Both the position numbers and the translations under genes were made by a program. Below the pieces are notes generated by a model. It did not search any database. It saw only the letters and a list, made by a program, of their open reading frames with translations, and was not told where the DNA came from. From an uncultured Desulfobacterales bacterium (GTDB taxonomy: Bacteria; Desulfobacterota; Desulfobacteria; Desulfobacterales; B30-G6), in contig CAYVMI010000033.1 of the NCBI GenBank assembly GCA_964452555.1, positions 1,553-65,552 on the forward strand: a stretch of 64,000 nt of DNA, given 5' to 3'. Positions 46,146 to 56,442 of the stretch are shown in pieces (position 1 is the stretch's first letter; every line of letters starts with the position of its first letter).

Positions 46146-46715
46146 TTATGCTCCCAATAGCCGATCCAGTATGATCGCCGCTGCCGATCGAACCGACAAA
46201 TGATTATAGTCTGTAGGCCCTTTTATGGGTTCCAAAATATAATCGGCCTGCTTCATAAAATCATCCGGCAAACCCCAGGCAGTGCCAAAAATGAGGGCAA
46301 TCGGCTGCCCGCTGCATATGTTTTTTCGCATCGCAGCCATGTCTGTACAACCAACGTGATGGCGTGCACTGGTCACGATGGTTACAGGCGTGCCATTTTC
46401 TTCCGCAGTAATATCATTCAGGGCGGCATCAAAAGAATCGCGCACCCGAATAATGGCCATGGCTTCCCTGCGCTTGGGATTATAAGTTGACCCTGCCCCT
46501 GATACCCAATGCGATACAATCTTGTCAACAAGTTCTAATTGATCTTGAACCGGTGTAACAATGTATAAGGACCGAACCCCATATGTTCTGCCAGTTCTGG
46601 CAATATCATGCAGGTCCAGGTTCGTCACGGCGGAGGCGATCACCTCACCATTTTTACCCAGGACCGGATAATGAACCAGTATCAAATGAAGATTGGGCCT
46701 CGATGATGTTTTCAA
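46146..46715 (-). CDS. Putative SPOUT-type SAM-dependent RNA methyltransferase (trmD-adjacent family)
   Basis: 189 aa. LILVHYPVLGKNGEVIASAVTNLDLHDIARTGRTYGV resembles the small RNA methyltransferase family often encoded between trmD and rplS. This is a by-eye recognition only. Confidence 0.55.
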   Translation of the reverse strand: MKTSSRPNLHLILVHYPVLGKNGEVIASAVTNLDLHDIARTGRTYGVRSLYIVTPVQDQLELVDKIVSHWVSGAGSTYNPKRREAMAIIRVRDSFDAALNDITAEENGTPVTIVTSARHHVGCTDMAAMRKNICSGQPIALIFGTAWGLPDDFMKQADYILEPIKGPTDYNHLSVRSAAAIILDRLLGA

Positions 46716-47442
46716 TGTCTGTGCACCATTTTTTTAGGATATCAATATCCTGTGGGCTCAATCTTTTTGTTTTAAGCAGATCCGGACGTTTCAAAAAAGT
46801 ACGAATCAGGGACATTTCAAGCCGCCACTGATCAACAGCTTTATGATTGCCGGAACGAAGCACCTCCGGTACCGCTTCGCCTTCAAAAACCGGCGGTCGC
46901 GTAAAGTGGGGGTGTTCCAATAGATTCCCGGCAAAGGAATCCAAAGCGGCTGAATTTTCATTGCCCAGCACACCGGGAATTAACCGGGCCACTGCCTCCA
47001 TGAGAACCATGGCCGCCAGTTCGCCCCCCATCAGCACATAGTCACCAATGGATAGCTCTTCATCAACGAAGGACTGATTAATCCGTTCGTCAACCCCCTC
47101 GTATCGACCACATATCAGGATCAGTCCTTCAGACGCTGCCAGGGTTTGCGCCTGGTCCTGATCCAGCTTTCTGCCCTGGGGCGTTAACAGCACCGTCCGC
47201 AAATTTGGCGATCTACGACGGGCACTTCGAATGGCCGCTGCCAATGGCTCCGGCTTCATAACCATCCCGGACCCGCCACCGTAAGGCCGGTCATCCGTAA
47301 CCTGGTGTTTGCCCTGGGCGAAATCTCGGATATTGATAACGCTTACACCGAGTCGTCCTTTTGCTACAGCTTTCCCGATGATGCCATGTTGCCAAAACAG
47401 ATCGAACATCTCCGGGAATATGGTTAAAACGGTAAAGTTCAT
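46654..47442 (-). CDS. trmD: tRNA (guanine37-N1)-methyltransferase TrmD
   Basis: FTVLTIFPEMF, RPYGGGSGMVM and CGRYEGVDERI motifs. Confidence 0.93.
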   Translation of the reverse strand: MNFTVLTIFPEMFDLFWQHGIIGKAVAKGRLGVSVINIRDFAQGKHQVTDDRPYGGGSGMVMKPEPLAAAIRSARRRSPNLRTVLLTPQGRKLDQDQAQTLAASEGLILICGRYEGVDERINQSFVDEELSIGDYVLMGGELAAMVLMEAVARLIPGVLGNENSAALDSFAGNLLEHPHFTRPPVFEGEAVPEVLRSGNHKAVDQWRLEMSLIRTFLKRPDLLKTKRLSPQDIDILKKWCTDIENIIEAQSSFDTGSLSGPG

Positions 47443-47543
47443 TGAGCTATTAGCTGTAAGATATTAGCCAAAAGCTGCCCACTGCTTCCGGCTTATAGCT
47501 TATCCCTTGAACCCTCGAATCCTTGACCCCTTGAACCCTTTCG

Positions 47544-48065
47544 TTATAGTCCTTCCGGTAGATCCACCCGCATGATTTTTCGATCCAGATCAACTTCCTT
47601 AACCACCGACGCCAGCGCCGGGATTAAAACCTCGGTCTGAGTTCCCGAGCTTTGTTGCCGGGCCACATACACATCATTGCTGCCTGTGGGGATGATGGCC
47701 GTCAGTTCACCGATATATTCCCCGCTCACGCTATATACGGCCAAACCCAGAAGGTCGTCCCAATAATAGCTGTCCCCATCCAAATCTTCAAGCGCGGCTT
47801 TTTCAATCAAAAGCTCCGATCCGATGAGCGCCTCAGCCTGGCTGCGATCTTGAATGCCGTCTAATGATAACAGTATGGTTTTGGAATGCGGTTTTGCCCA
47901 GTTAACCGTACGTACAAATCTGTTGCCGAGGGAATCCTTCAGGACAAGTTGCATACCAGATTGATATCTGGATAGCGACTCAGCGTAGGAGAAGACTTTG
48001 ACAACACCCTTGATGCCATGTGCACCAACAATCTTCCCAATGGAAAGGAGATTTGCGTTATCCAC
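47544..48065 (-). CDS. rimM: 16S rRNA processing protein RimM
   Basis: IGKIVGAHGIKGVVKV N-terminal motif and a PRC-barrel C-terminus. Start set to the GTG at 48065, just after the upstream stop. The ATG at 48122 would overlap the KH gene by 53 nt. Confidence 0.85.
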   Translation of the reverse strand: MDNANLLSIGKIVGAHGIKGVVKVFSYAESLSRYQSGMQLVLKDSLGNRFVRTVNWAKPHSKTILLSLDGIQDRSQAEALIGSELLIEKAALEDLDGDSYYWDDLLGLAVYSVSGEYIGELTAIIPTGSNDVYVARQQSSGTQTEVLIPALASVVKEVDLDRKIMRVDLPEGL

Positions 48066-48069
48066 AAAA

Positions 48070-48300
48070 CTATTCGATAATTTCCAGGACAGTCCGCTTT
48101 TTAATCTTGGCCGATGCCGCACTTAGAATCGTTCTCATCGCCCGTGCGGTTCTACCCTGCTTCCCGATAACTTTGCCCAAATCCTCTTTGGCCACTTTCA
48201 GTTCCAGTACAGAGGTTTGATTGCCTTCAACCTCTTCAACTGAAACTTGGTCGGGTTGGTCCACAAGTGCCTTGGCAATATAAAAAATCAGGTCTCTCAT
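48070..48300 (-). CDS. KH-domain RNA-binding protein (YlqC/UPF0109 family)
   Basis: 76 aa. [26 protein letters not shown] (GxxG KH motif). Conserved position between rpsP and rimM. Confidence 0.88.
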   Translation of the reverse strand: MRDLIFYIAKALVDQPDQVSVEEVEGNQTSVLELKVAKEDLGKVIGKQGRTARAMRTILSAASAKIKKRTVLEIIE

Positions 48301-48341
48301 CGCTCTATCTCCTTTGCAGCTTGAGAATTAGCGTATCGATA

Positions 48342-48596
48342 TTATGCCGGACTCGCGAATAAACCTTCCTTTTTCAGTAAACTTTTAACGGTGTCTGAGG
48401 GAAGCGCCCCTTGTTCCATCCAATATTTAACCCGATCGGTCTTGAGCGTAACCTCAGCCGGATCTTTTAACGGATTATAAGTGCCCACGGACTCTAAAAA
48501 CCGTCCGTCCCGCGGACTTTCACTATCTGCGACAACGATGCGGTAGAATGGTCGTTTTTTGGCACCATGCCGCGCCAACCTAATTTTCACTGCCAT
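48342..48596 (-). CDS. rpsP: 30S ribosomal protein S16
   Basis: [33 protein letters not shown]. Confidence 0.95.
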   Translation of the reverse strand: MAVKIRLARHGAKKRPFYRIVVADSESPRDGRFLESVGTYNPLKDPAEVTLKTDRVKYWMEQGALPSDTVKSLLKKEGLFASPA

Positions 48597-48608
48597 TAAA
48601 CATCTCCT

Positions 48609-49940
48609 TTAGAAAGGGAGCATCCCGCGACCCAAGCCGCGCATGCCGCCTTTATTGAACTTTTTCATCATTTTAAGTATCTGGCTGTAATTTTTCAACA
48701 ACTTATTTACATCTTGTACACGAGTTCCACTGCCTTTTGCAATCCTTTTCCGTCGACTTCCGTTAATTATGGTATGTGTTTGGCGTTCTTGGGGCGTCAT
48801 CGAGTTGATAATGGCTTCAATTCGCACAAACTCGTGTTCATCCACTTCAAGATTTTTGAGCTGTTTGACCTTGCCCATGCCGGGGATCATATTGATCAGA
48901 TCCGACAAAGATCCCATCTTACGAATCTGAACCATCTGGTCCCGAAAATCTTCCAGGCTAAATTGGCTTTTACGTAATTTCTTTTCAAGCTCAACCGCCT
49001 TTTCTTCATCCATAACGGCCTGGGCTTTTTCGATCATGGTCAGGACATCGCCCATTCCCAAAATCCGGGACGCCATCCTTTCCGGATGAAATGGCTCCAA
49101 CTCACTCAATTTTTCGCCAACACCCACGAATTTGATCGGTTTACCCGTCACCGTTTTAATGGATATGGCCGCACCGCCCCGGGCATCGCCATCCATCTTG
49201 GTCAGAACCACCCCACCAATATCCAGGGCCGCGTCAAAAGATTGAGCGATATTAACAGCGTCCTGACCCGTCATGGCATCAGCGATTAGGAGCGTGTCCG
49301 ACGGATTGACGGCTGACTTGATGCGTTGCAATTCAGCCATCAATTCTTCGTCGATATGCAACCGACCGGCTGTATCGAGGATTAAGGTATCACACCCGGC
49401 TTTTTGGGCAGCCCCTCTGGCAGCCTGGCAGATATCAACCGGATCCATATCGACTGTAGCCGGGTGAACCGGCACATCCAGCTGGGCCCCCAATTTAGTC
49501 AACTGATCGATGGCAGCCGGGCGGTATACATCGGCCGGGACCAAATAGGGATGAAATCCCTTGGAGCGGATAAATATAGCCAGTTTTCCGGCGGTTGTGG
49601 TTTTTCCCGATCCCTGCAGCCCCACCAACATGATCGACATGGGACGGGTGCCGCTCAAAGTTAGCTCTTGATGCTCCCCACCCATCAGGGTTGCCAGCTC
49701 TTCATTGACAATCTTGACGATTTGCTGGCCAGGTGTTAGGCTGCCCATAACTTCCTGGCCCAGGGCCCGTTCCTTGATATCCGCAATGAAGCGTTTGACA
49801 ACTTTATAATGCACATCCGCTTCCAGAAGCGCCATCCGGACTTCTCGCAATCCATCCGAGATATTTTTCTCGGATAGCTTCCCGTGCCCTTTGAGCTTCT
49901 TTAAAGCTTGGTTGAGTTTGTCACTGAGGTTGTCAAACAT
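48609..49940 (-). CDS. ffh: Signal recognition particle protein Ffh
   Basis: NG domain with GLQGSGKTTT, DTAGR and TKMDGDARGG. Met-rich M domain. Confidence 0.95.
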   Translation of the reverse strand: MFDNLSDKLNQALKKLKGHGKLSEKNISDGLREVRMALLEADVHYKVVKRFIADIKERALGQEVMGSLTPGQQIVKIVNEELATLMGGEHQELTLSGTRPMSIMLVGLQGSGKTTTAGKLAIFIRSKGFHPYLVPADVYRPAAIDQLTKLGAQLDVPVHPATVDMDPVDICQAARGAAQKAGCDTLILDTAGRLHIDEELMAELQRIKSAVNPSDTLLIADAMTGQDAVNIAQSFDAALDIGGVVLTKMDGDARGGAAISIKTVTGKPIKFVGVGEKLSELEPFHPERMASRILGMGDVLTMIEKAQAVMDEEKAVELEKKLRKSQFSLEDFRDQMVQIRKMGSLSDLINMIPGMGKVKQLKNLEVDEHEFVRIEAIINSMTPQERQTHTIINGSRRKRIAKGSGTRVQDVNKLLKNYSQILKMMKKFNKGGMRGLGRGMLPF

Positions 49941-50027
49941 CGAAATCGCCTATATTGGTACGATTATCTTCCTTTTATTAAACTGTTAAAATTAGTATTA
50001 TCTCCCTAACATGTCAATAACAAATAT

Positions 50028-50423
50028 GACGGTTTTGTAAAAAGATCAACTTTATAGTTGTACGGTCAAGTCCTGATTAAAAGTTGTCACATTTAAAGAC
50101 TCTTACGATCACAGGAACCACCTTCTACCCTTCCCGTCATTCCCTTGGAAAAGGGGCACGAAGTGAAGCTTTAGCGCTATCCAGAAAAAACAGTAAGCTA
50201 TCAGCTAAAGGCTCTTCCTGGATCCCCGATTTCTCGAGGATGACAACCGTAGACAGCTGTGATGCCGGGATGTTTAATGCTATAATGCTGTTACACACAA
50301 CCCGTTTACAAACCTTTGAATTCCGTCTTCTAAACCGCTACGGTCAACATTCAACGTACGATGAGTTCGCTCCTTATTTACAACATTTGCATGCTTTAAA
50401 GTTGACCTTTTATCAAAACCCTC
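50028..50423. mobile_element. Roughly 400-bp MITE-like element of the same family carrying inserted repeat material
   Basis: The TIRs gacggttttgtaaaaagatcaacttt and aaagttgaccttttatcaaaaccctc are imperfect. The interior at 50340-50400 matches the reverse complement of 46044-46100. The segment at about 50090-50290 consists of other repeat families. Confidence 0.65.
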
Positions 50424-50528
50424 TATCTTATATGTTAATATTTCTATGATATTATGGCTTCATTGAATCAAAATCCGGTTATCATGTTTAAAAAACAAAA
50501 GAATGTTCTGAAAACGTAAATAGGCCGC

Positions 50529-51593
50529 ATGAAACAAACCAGACTTAAACCCGAAATCAAGGATCTCAGCCGCAGGCAATTGGCGGATTGGTTTGCAAAG
50601 CATGGAACCCGTTCCTTTCGGGCCGACCAGGTGTTCAAGTGGCTGTACCTCCACCAGGTTGATGATTTCAATCAGATGACCGATCTGGGGAAAAAAACCC
50701 GTGAATTATTGAGCCAAAATTTCATCAGCAAACGCCTGACGGTAAAAGAAGTAGCGACATCAAAAGATAAAACGCGCAAATACTTGTTTGAGCTGACGGA
50801 TGGAAATCTGATCGAATCTGTGCTCATACCGGAAAAACAGCATCACACGCTCTGTATCTCCAGTCAGGTGGGTTGCGGCCAGGCCTGCCGCTTCTGCCTG
50901 ACAGCCCGTAGCGGCATGATTCGCAATTTGAGTCCGGGCGAAATTATTTCCCAGGTTCGGGATATTTGTCATCTAACCGCCGGATCCCAATCCCCCACGA
51001 ATATCGTCTTTATGGGTATGGGCGAACCTTTGGCAAACTATGACAACGTCATCCAGGCTCTGGCTGTCATCACCGACAGCGACGTGGGGCTGAAATTCTC
51101 AAACCGGCGCATTACCCTGTCCACCGCCGGTCTGGCTTCACGTATGCCCGAATTGGGTCTTGATACCCAGGTCAATCTGGCGGTTTCTTTGAATGCAGTG
51201 GATAATCAAACCCGCAGTCGATTGATGCCCATCAATCGAAAATACCCCCTTGAAACGCTGATTGCTGCCTGCCGGGACTATCCCCTCAAGAATCGCAAAA
51301 AAATTACCGTCGAGTATATTCTGATGAAAGGTGTCAACGATTCTCCGGAAACCGCCCATGCCTTGGCTAAACTTCTCAAGCCGGTTAAAGCCAAAATCAA
51401 TTTGATACCTTACAACGCTTATGATGGCAGTCCGTATGCGTGCCCTTCAGAGGAAACGATATTGAAATTTCAGGATATATTGATTGACGAGCATTACACC
51501 GTCATGATCCGGCGGAGCAAGGGACAGGATATATTGGCGGCCTGCGGCCAACTCCGCGCTTTTCAAGGTGAGCGTTACAGATTTTCAGAATAG
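50529..51593 (+). CDS. rlmN: 23S rRNA/tRNA (adenine-C2)-methyltransferase RlmN (radical SAM)
   Basis: Radical SAM CxxxCxxC (GCGQACRFC), MGMGEPL, and the C-terminal catalytic Cys context AACGQL. Confidence 0.92.
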   Translation: MKQTRLKPEIKDLSRRQLADWFAKHGTRSFRADQVFKWLYLHQVDDFNQMTDLGKKTRELLSQNFISKRLTVKEVATSKDKTRKYLFELTDGNLIESVLIPEKQHHTLCISSQVGCGQACRFCLTARSGMIRNLSPGEIISQVRDICHLTAGSQSPTNIVFMGMGEPLANYDNVIQALAVITDSDVGLKFSNRRITLSTAGLASRMPELGLDTQVNLAVSLNAVDNQTRSRLMPINRKYPLETLIAACRDYPLKNRKKITVEYILMKGVNDSPETAHALAKLLKPVKAKINLIPYNAYDGSPYACPSEETILKFQDILIDEHYTVMIRRSKGQDILAACGQLRAFQGERYRFSE

Positions 51594-51867
51594 AATTAAT
51601 TTGTTAAGGTTTTAATCCTTTTGAATTCTTAAAATCTGAAACCCTTCAGTCTTCGCTCTTCGAGCTTCGCCCTGACAAGCCGGTTTTCGATCACCTGAAA
51701 AGAAAAATCATTTCATAGAACGTGACGAACATAATTATTTTAAGGAATGGCTGGATCGGAAGGAAAAATACGTATAGTCTTAAATATCAATAAATTATAT
51801 TTAAAATTATTGCGACGGATTCCAGACAGAAGACTTGAAATCAGGCATAGGAGAATCATACCAAATT

Positions 51868-54687
51868 TTACTTTTTGACCTCATCCAAGACTTTTCTAAC
51901 TGTTTTGGACAAATCAGCTTTCACAATCGGCTTGTATGCAAAGGCTTTAATACCGATTTCAGCTGCGGTTTCTTCGGATATCTTATTGTTGTAACCCGTG
52001 CACATAATAACAGGAATATCAGGTCTTATATTCATTAACCCGGCAGCCAGGATGTCTCCGGTAATATTCGGCATCGTCATATCGGTAATGACTAGATCGA
52101 AATCATATGGCTTTGATCTGAATAGTTCCTTGGCCTCTACACTGCTGGTTCTGGTTGTTACCGCATAACCCAAACGCTCCAAAATCAGGCTGCCCATTTT
52201 AGCAATCGGGGCTTCATCGTCAACAAACAGAATACGTTCTGTACCGGTGGGTAGTGCCTCCGATACGTAAAGGTTGTCGGCTTTCCGTTTGGTGGTAACA
52301 GGCAAATAGATTCTAAAAGTGGTTCCCTTGCCTTCACTGCTGTTAACGTTTATTTTACCATTATATGTTTCAACTATGCCGTGTGTCAGAGCCAGGCCCA
52401 TCCCCGTACCTTTAGCAACACCCTTGGTGGTAAAGTACGGCTCAAAAATAGCGTCGATTATATCCGGTGCAATGCCGCAGCCGGTATCTGATACCGTTAA
52501 CTCGATGTAGTTTCCAGGTTTTAAATCCAACTTTTCCCATTTTTCCGCATCATCAACCAAGATATCCTTCAGGCTAACGTTTAGAGTGCCCCCTGTATCC
52601 TCCATGGCATGAGCGGCATTGGTGCATAAATTCATCAGTATTTGATGAACTTGGGTGACATTGCCCATGATCAATGAACTAGATTCAATGTCCTGCTTGA
52701 TTTCAATCGTGGTGGGAATCGAGGATCTTATAAATTGGAGGACTTCTTTGGTGACTTTATCAACCCGGATCGGCTTTAGTTCCTCGTCGGACTGTCGTGC
52801 AAATGCCAATATCTGCTTGACCAGATCTCTGGCCCGTATTCCTGCCGTATACACCTCCTGAAGATTTTCCTCCAAGGGTGTTCCTTTGGTGGCATCATCA
52901 AGTGCTAATTCTGTAAATCCCAGTAAGGATGCTAGTATGTTGTTAAAATCGTGGGCAATTCCACCAGCCAATGTGCCAATGGATTCCATTTTTTGGGCCT
53001 TCTGGAGTTCTTCCTCTAGTCTGATTTTCTTTTTCTCTGCCAATTTGCGGTCGGTTATATCTATAAAGCTGACCAGACTGGCTATCACGGTGCCATCTTT
53101 ATCTTTTACAGGGCTTCCAAATACCTCCAGGAAAACTTGGCTACCGTCAGGGTGGACAACAATCATATCGTCTATAGAATGTGCTTCGCCAGAAATACCT
53201 CTTACAATCGGCATTTCGTCTGCAGGGTATAATTCCCCTGTACTAAGTTTAAACGCTTGATAAACCTCGGCGAGGTTTGTCTTATCAGCACTATTCATGA
53301 TACCGCGGCCAAGTAAATTCAAAGCATGCCGGTTAGCCAAAAGCGGATTGCCGGTTGGTGCCTCAACCATGAAAACCCCCACACGCAAATTTTCCAGGAG
53401 CGTGCTCATAAGTTGATTCTGGGATTCAAGCTTTTTTTCGGCCTGCTGACGTTCTTTAACTTCACTATTCAAGTTTTTATTGATTTCAGTTAGGTCCAAG
53501 GTTCTCTGGGTCACTCTTTCTTCCAGGTCATGATGGGATTTTTTTAGCGATGTTTCCGCTATTCTGCGTTTGTGGATGTTTTGCATCAGGGCAAGAATAA
53601 TGAGTGTTTGTATAATAATAAATAGAATCGCCAACCAAATTCTATATTTATACATATCGTAAAGAGATTGTGGTTTGTTTAAAAGAATTGCATTTTCAGG
53701 CAATTTGGAAATAGCAAATCCTATTTTTTTTAGCTGAGGGAAATTAAACATATACTGGTTGGGACTCTCCACGACCAAGGGGATTGATGCCGGTGATTTG
53801 CCTTGAAGAATTTCAACAGCAAGTTTAGCAGCTTCGGTGCCCTGGGAATGACCGTTTGTCACGTAACCTCCAAGAATCCCTTGCTCCAGGTAAACATCCT
53901 CCATGCTTATGATTATATAATTGCCGGCGTTTACAATGGCTCGGAGCGTGCTTTTAAGCGGCAGGACGACGTTGTTTTGATCTTTTATTCCACCGATAGT
54001 CGTTAGAAAGATGATACCTTTTTGGTACGACTGTAACTGTTTGATTAGAAATGAGAGGCTATCATTTGCTAATATTTCATATTTTATCTCGGGAAATTGA
54101 GATGCCATATCGGAAATGATCGTTTGCGCGATCGCTTGATGGGTAGATGAGCTATCACCTAAAAACAAGATTTTGCCTGGATTAGACGTAATTTGATTTA
54201 GCAGGGATAAATTCGGAATAATTTCTTTTTTCTCAAAAACGCCGGTATATTGTTCTCGGTCTAAATCATATTGAATGTCAAAATTGTTTACGCCGCAAAA
54301 AACAACCGGAACGGATTCGAACAACCTTTGTTTGAATTTTAGAAGGAAGCTGAGAGCATTATCATCGCTACAAAAAATCAAGTCCGGTGAGTAGTGAGCA
54401 TATTTTTGTTTTAGGTAATGATAGAAAAAATCTGTGTATTCCCTGTTAAATACCGTTCTTTTAGTATCCAGATATTCAGTTGAAAAATTGATATTCCCAG
54501 ATAAATAGCTCTTTATTAGGGTCTGGGTAAAACCCTTATTTTCAGAGCTGGTCCAAGGATATTCCTGATGATAAGAATGAAGAATTAAGACATTCTTGTT
54601 TTGGGCGAATGCAGTCGAATTTATAAAAATATTTTCGCTAGCAAAAATTATTAAGAGTCCGAAAAAGAGCCGGGTACTATTTTTCAT
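51868..54687 (-). CDS. Hybrid sensor histidine kinase with a periplasmic substrate-binding-like sensor domain, PAS, HisKA, HATPase and REC
   Basis: 939 aa. Signal peptide, a periplasmic domain of about 330 aa, a TM segment and a coiled coil, then PAS. H-box GGIAHDFNNIL, G-boxes DTGCGI and GTGMGLA. REC (ILFVDDE...ITDMTMPNITG). Confidence 0.9.
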   Translation of the reverse strand: MKNSTRLFFGLLIIFASENIFINSTAFAQNKNVLILHSYHQEYPWTSSENKGFTQTLIKSYLSGNINFSTEYLDTKRTVFNREYTDFFYHYLKQKYAHYSPDLIFCSDDNALSFLLKFKQRLFESVPVVFCGVNNFDIQYDLDREQYTGVFEKKEIIPNLSLLNQITSNPGKILFLGDSSSTHQAIAQTIISDMASQFPEIKYEILANDSLSFLIKQLQSYQKGIIFLTTIGGIKDQNNVVLPLKSTLRAIVNAGNYIIISMEDVYLEQGILGGYVTNGHSQGTEAAKLAVEILQGKSPASIPLVVESPNQYMFNFPQLKKIGFAISKLPENAILLNKPQSLYDMYKYRIWLAILFIIIQTLIILALMQNIHKRRIAETSLKKSHHDLEERVTQRTLDLTEINKNLNSEVKERQQAEKKLESQNQLMSTLLENLRVGVFMVEAPTGNPLLANRHALNLLGRGIMNSADKTNLAEVYQAFKLSTGELYPADEMPIVRGISGEAHSIDDMIVVHPDGSQVFLEVFGSPVKDKDGTVIASLVSFIDITDRKLAEKKKIRLEEELQKAQKMESIGTLAGGIAHDFNNILASLLGFTELALDDATKGTPLEENLQEVYTAGIRARDLVKQILAFARQSDEELKPIRVDKVTKEVLQFIRSSIPTTIEIKQDIESSSLIMGNVTQVHQILMNLCTNAAHAMEDTGGTLNVSLKDILVDDAEKWEKLDLKPGNYIELTVSDTGCGIAPDIIDAIFEPYFTTKGVAKGTGMGLALTHGIVETYNGKINVNSSEGKGTTFRIYLPVTTKRKADNLYVSEALPTGTERILFVDDEAPIAKMGSLILERLGYAVTTRTSSVEAKELFRSKPYDFDLVITDMTMPNITGDILAAGLMNIRPDIPVIMCTGYNNKISEETAAEIGIKAFAYKPIVKADLSKTVRKVLDEVKK

Positions 54688-55225
54688 ATTGATCCTCTGG
54701 GGTGCAATACAGTCTGCAAATAGTGAAGGGGTGTGTTTCCTTTAATCCATATCTAGTTTCTGAACACAAAATGACTGGGTTTATAATTCTTGCGTTATTG
54801 TAAGCAATGCTACCTTCAAGCACAGTGTAGCTATTGGAAACTGACAAACTGACAATAGAAGCGGACTCGATGGATAGGTGGAGAGCGGCGGTTCTGATTT
54901 TTGCTTACAAGCTATCTATTTCCTTCCGGCAGCAGAGCAAAATGGCTAAAATAGTCATGTATTACGTGGATGCTCCGCTTTCATCTGGCTAATCCCATGT
55001 CAGAGGACCGAAACCTTTTTTCGAGATAAGTTGTAGACCGCCTCAGATAAAAAGGACAATATCAAGAAATCAAAAAAACCACAAGATGTTGACAATTCAT
55101 GTAAGTTGAACCAGTCGGAATATATTTCAGCGTCGTGCAACAGTAAAATCGCCTTAATATCCATAAAGCTCAAGCAAATTTAATTCCGCTCGCTGGAGCA
55201 TCGCTTGAGGTTGTGGATAAGCGCA

Positions 55226-56230
55226 TTACCTTATGAGGTATTTGCTGACCGTCTTGGCCGGCAAGGGCAATACGGTCACAGTCTCACGACCCTGAGGGTT
55301 CGTTATTCTGACCTGGCAGGGCATATCGGCAGGCGCTTTGCTGTAACCGGCGCATACGGAAGCCGCCAGGAGCACTGCTTCTTTGGCGGCCCCATTGGGA
55401 ATCAGCACCAACGGGCCGGGATAATTACGGACTTTGATGAGTGTGTCTTGGGTTGGCCGATAATACTTGCTTAGATTTTCATTATCGTTTTGGGTGCGGC
55501 CAACGATTATTTTGGCATCCGGATTGATCCTTAAATGACGCCCGTAGCGCAGCATGTGCAGTTCATTTTTAGCATAGTCTTTTTGGTGCGCAAACAGATC
55601 CCGCAGACGATTGGAATAGCCCTTATCCGTCAGCAGACAGCCTCCTGCCGGTGCCGGATATTTGGTAATGCCGAATTCCTTTGCAAGCCGAATCTGCTCC
55701 TTCCTGGAACGGCCGGCGATGTTGAGCAAGGCCTCCCGATCGATTAAACCTTCTTTCTCCGGAATCGTCGCTGCGAGTCTTTTGGCGCTCAACGGCCGCA
55801 CAATATATCCGTCAAATCCCGAATTTTTTTCCACGTAGCGTAAGGATGGACGCGTTTGCGACATGGGACGCTGCCCCATGACCTCGCCGCTGAAAAGAAA
55901 ATCAAACCCTTTGGCCTGCATCACCTCGCCGGCCATGCGAAACATGAGGGCGTGGCAATCCAAGCAAGGGTTCATGTATTTTCCATAGCCGCAATTGGGC
56001 GCTTTCAACATTTCCAGGTAAGGTTGGGTAATGTCTTGAACCATCAGGGGAATTCCCGTGATTCGGGACGCGTTTCTGGCCTTTTCTGCCGAAAAAAAGG
56101 GTGTTTCAAAAGTTATCCATTCCACCGAATGCCCTTGTTCTCGCAAAATAAGTCCGGCCAGCATGCTGTCGAGACCGCCGGAGCAGAGACCCAGCCCTCT
56201 ACCTTTTTTATCATTGCTATTCATAAGCAC
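55226..56230 (-). CDS. PP-loop ATP-pyrophosphatase family protein (MnmA/ThiI-like, probable tRNA thiolation enzyme)
   Basis: PP-loop GLCSGGLDS and conserved Cys block NPCLDCH. 334 aa. Confidence 0.6.
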   Translation of the reverse strand: MLMNSNDKKGRGLGLCSGGLDSMLAGLILREQGHSVEWITFETPFFSAEKARNASRITGIPLMVQDITQPYLEMLKAPNCGYGKYMNPCLDCHALMFRMAGEVMQAKGFDFLFSGEVMGQRPMSQTRPSLRYVEKNSGFDGYIVRPLSAKRLAATIPEKEGLIDREALLNIAGRSRKEQIRLAKEFGITKYPAPAGGCLLTDKGYSNRLRDLFAHQKDYAKNELHMLRYGRHLRINPDAKIIVGRTQNDNENLSKYYRPTQDTLIKVRNYPGPLVLIPNGAAKEAVLLAASVCAGYSKAPADMPCQVRITNPQGRETVTVLPLPAKTVSKYLIR

Positions 56231-56309
56231 TTTGTTTACTAGAATCGCCGTGAGTAGATATTCTGGACAGCGATTGGATTAATACTGCAGATTAGGCAAC
56301 CATACCCCG

Positions 56310-56356
56310 AAGGCTGTAGGCTAGCCTACAGCCTAAAAGGCTTCAGCCTATAGCCT
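56310..56356. repeat. TAGGC/GCCTA word hairpin
   Basis: gaaggctgtaggctagcctacagcctaaaaggcttcagcctatagcc. The central part, ggctgtaggc-ta-gcctacagcc, is a perfect palindrome. Confidence 0.7.
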
Positions 56357-56442
56357 GCGTCAAATTTCACAGGCAAACACATACTCGCAGTCGAAGCACA
56401 GGTTTAGAAGGCCGGTATTTCGACCGTAAAGAAAGCCTAACA

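Noticed and set aside
48066-48122. The ATG at 48122 as the rimM start.
   Set aside because: It would overlap the KH-domain gene by 53 nt and add a non-conserved Arg-rich leader. A GTG at 48065 lies immediately after the upstream stop and just before the conserved IGKIVGAHGIKG block.
50084-50449. A 121-aa ORF, plus ORFs at 58283-58474, 57101-57286 and 35063-35293.
   Set aside because: All lie inside mosaic repeat elements. The shared peptide fragments (LSAKG.SWIP.F) come from the inverted 65-nt repeat unit, not from protein homology.
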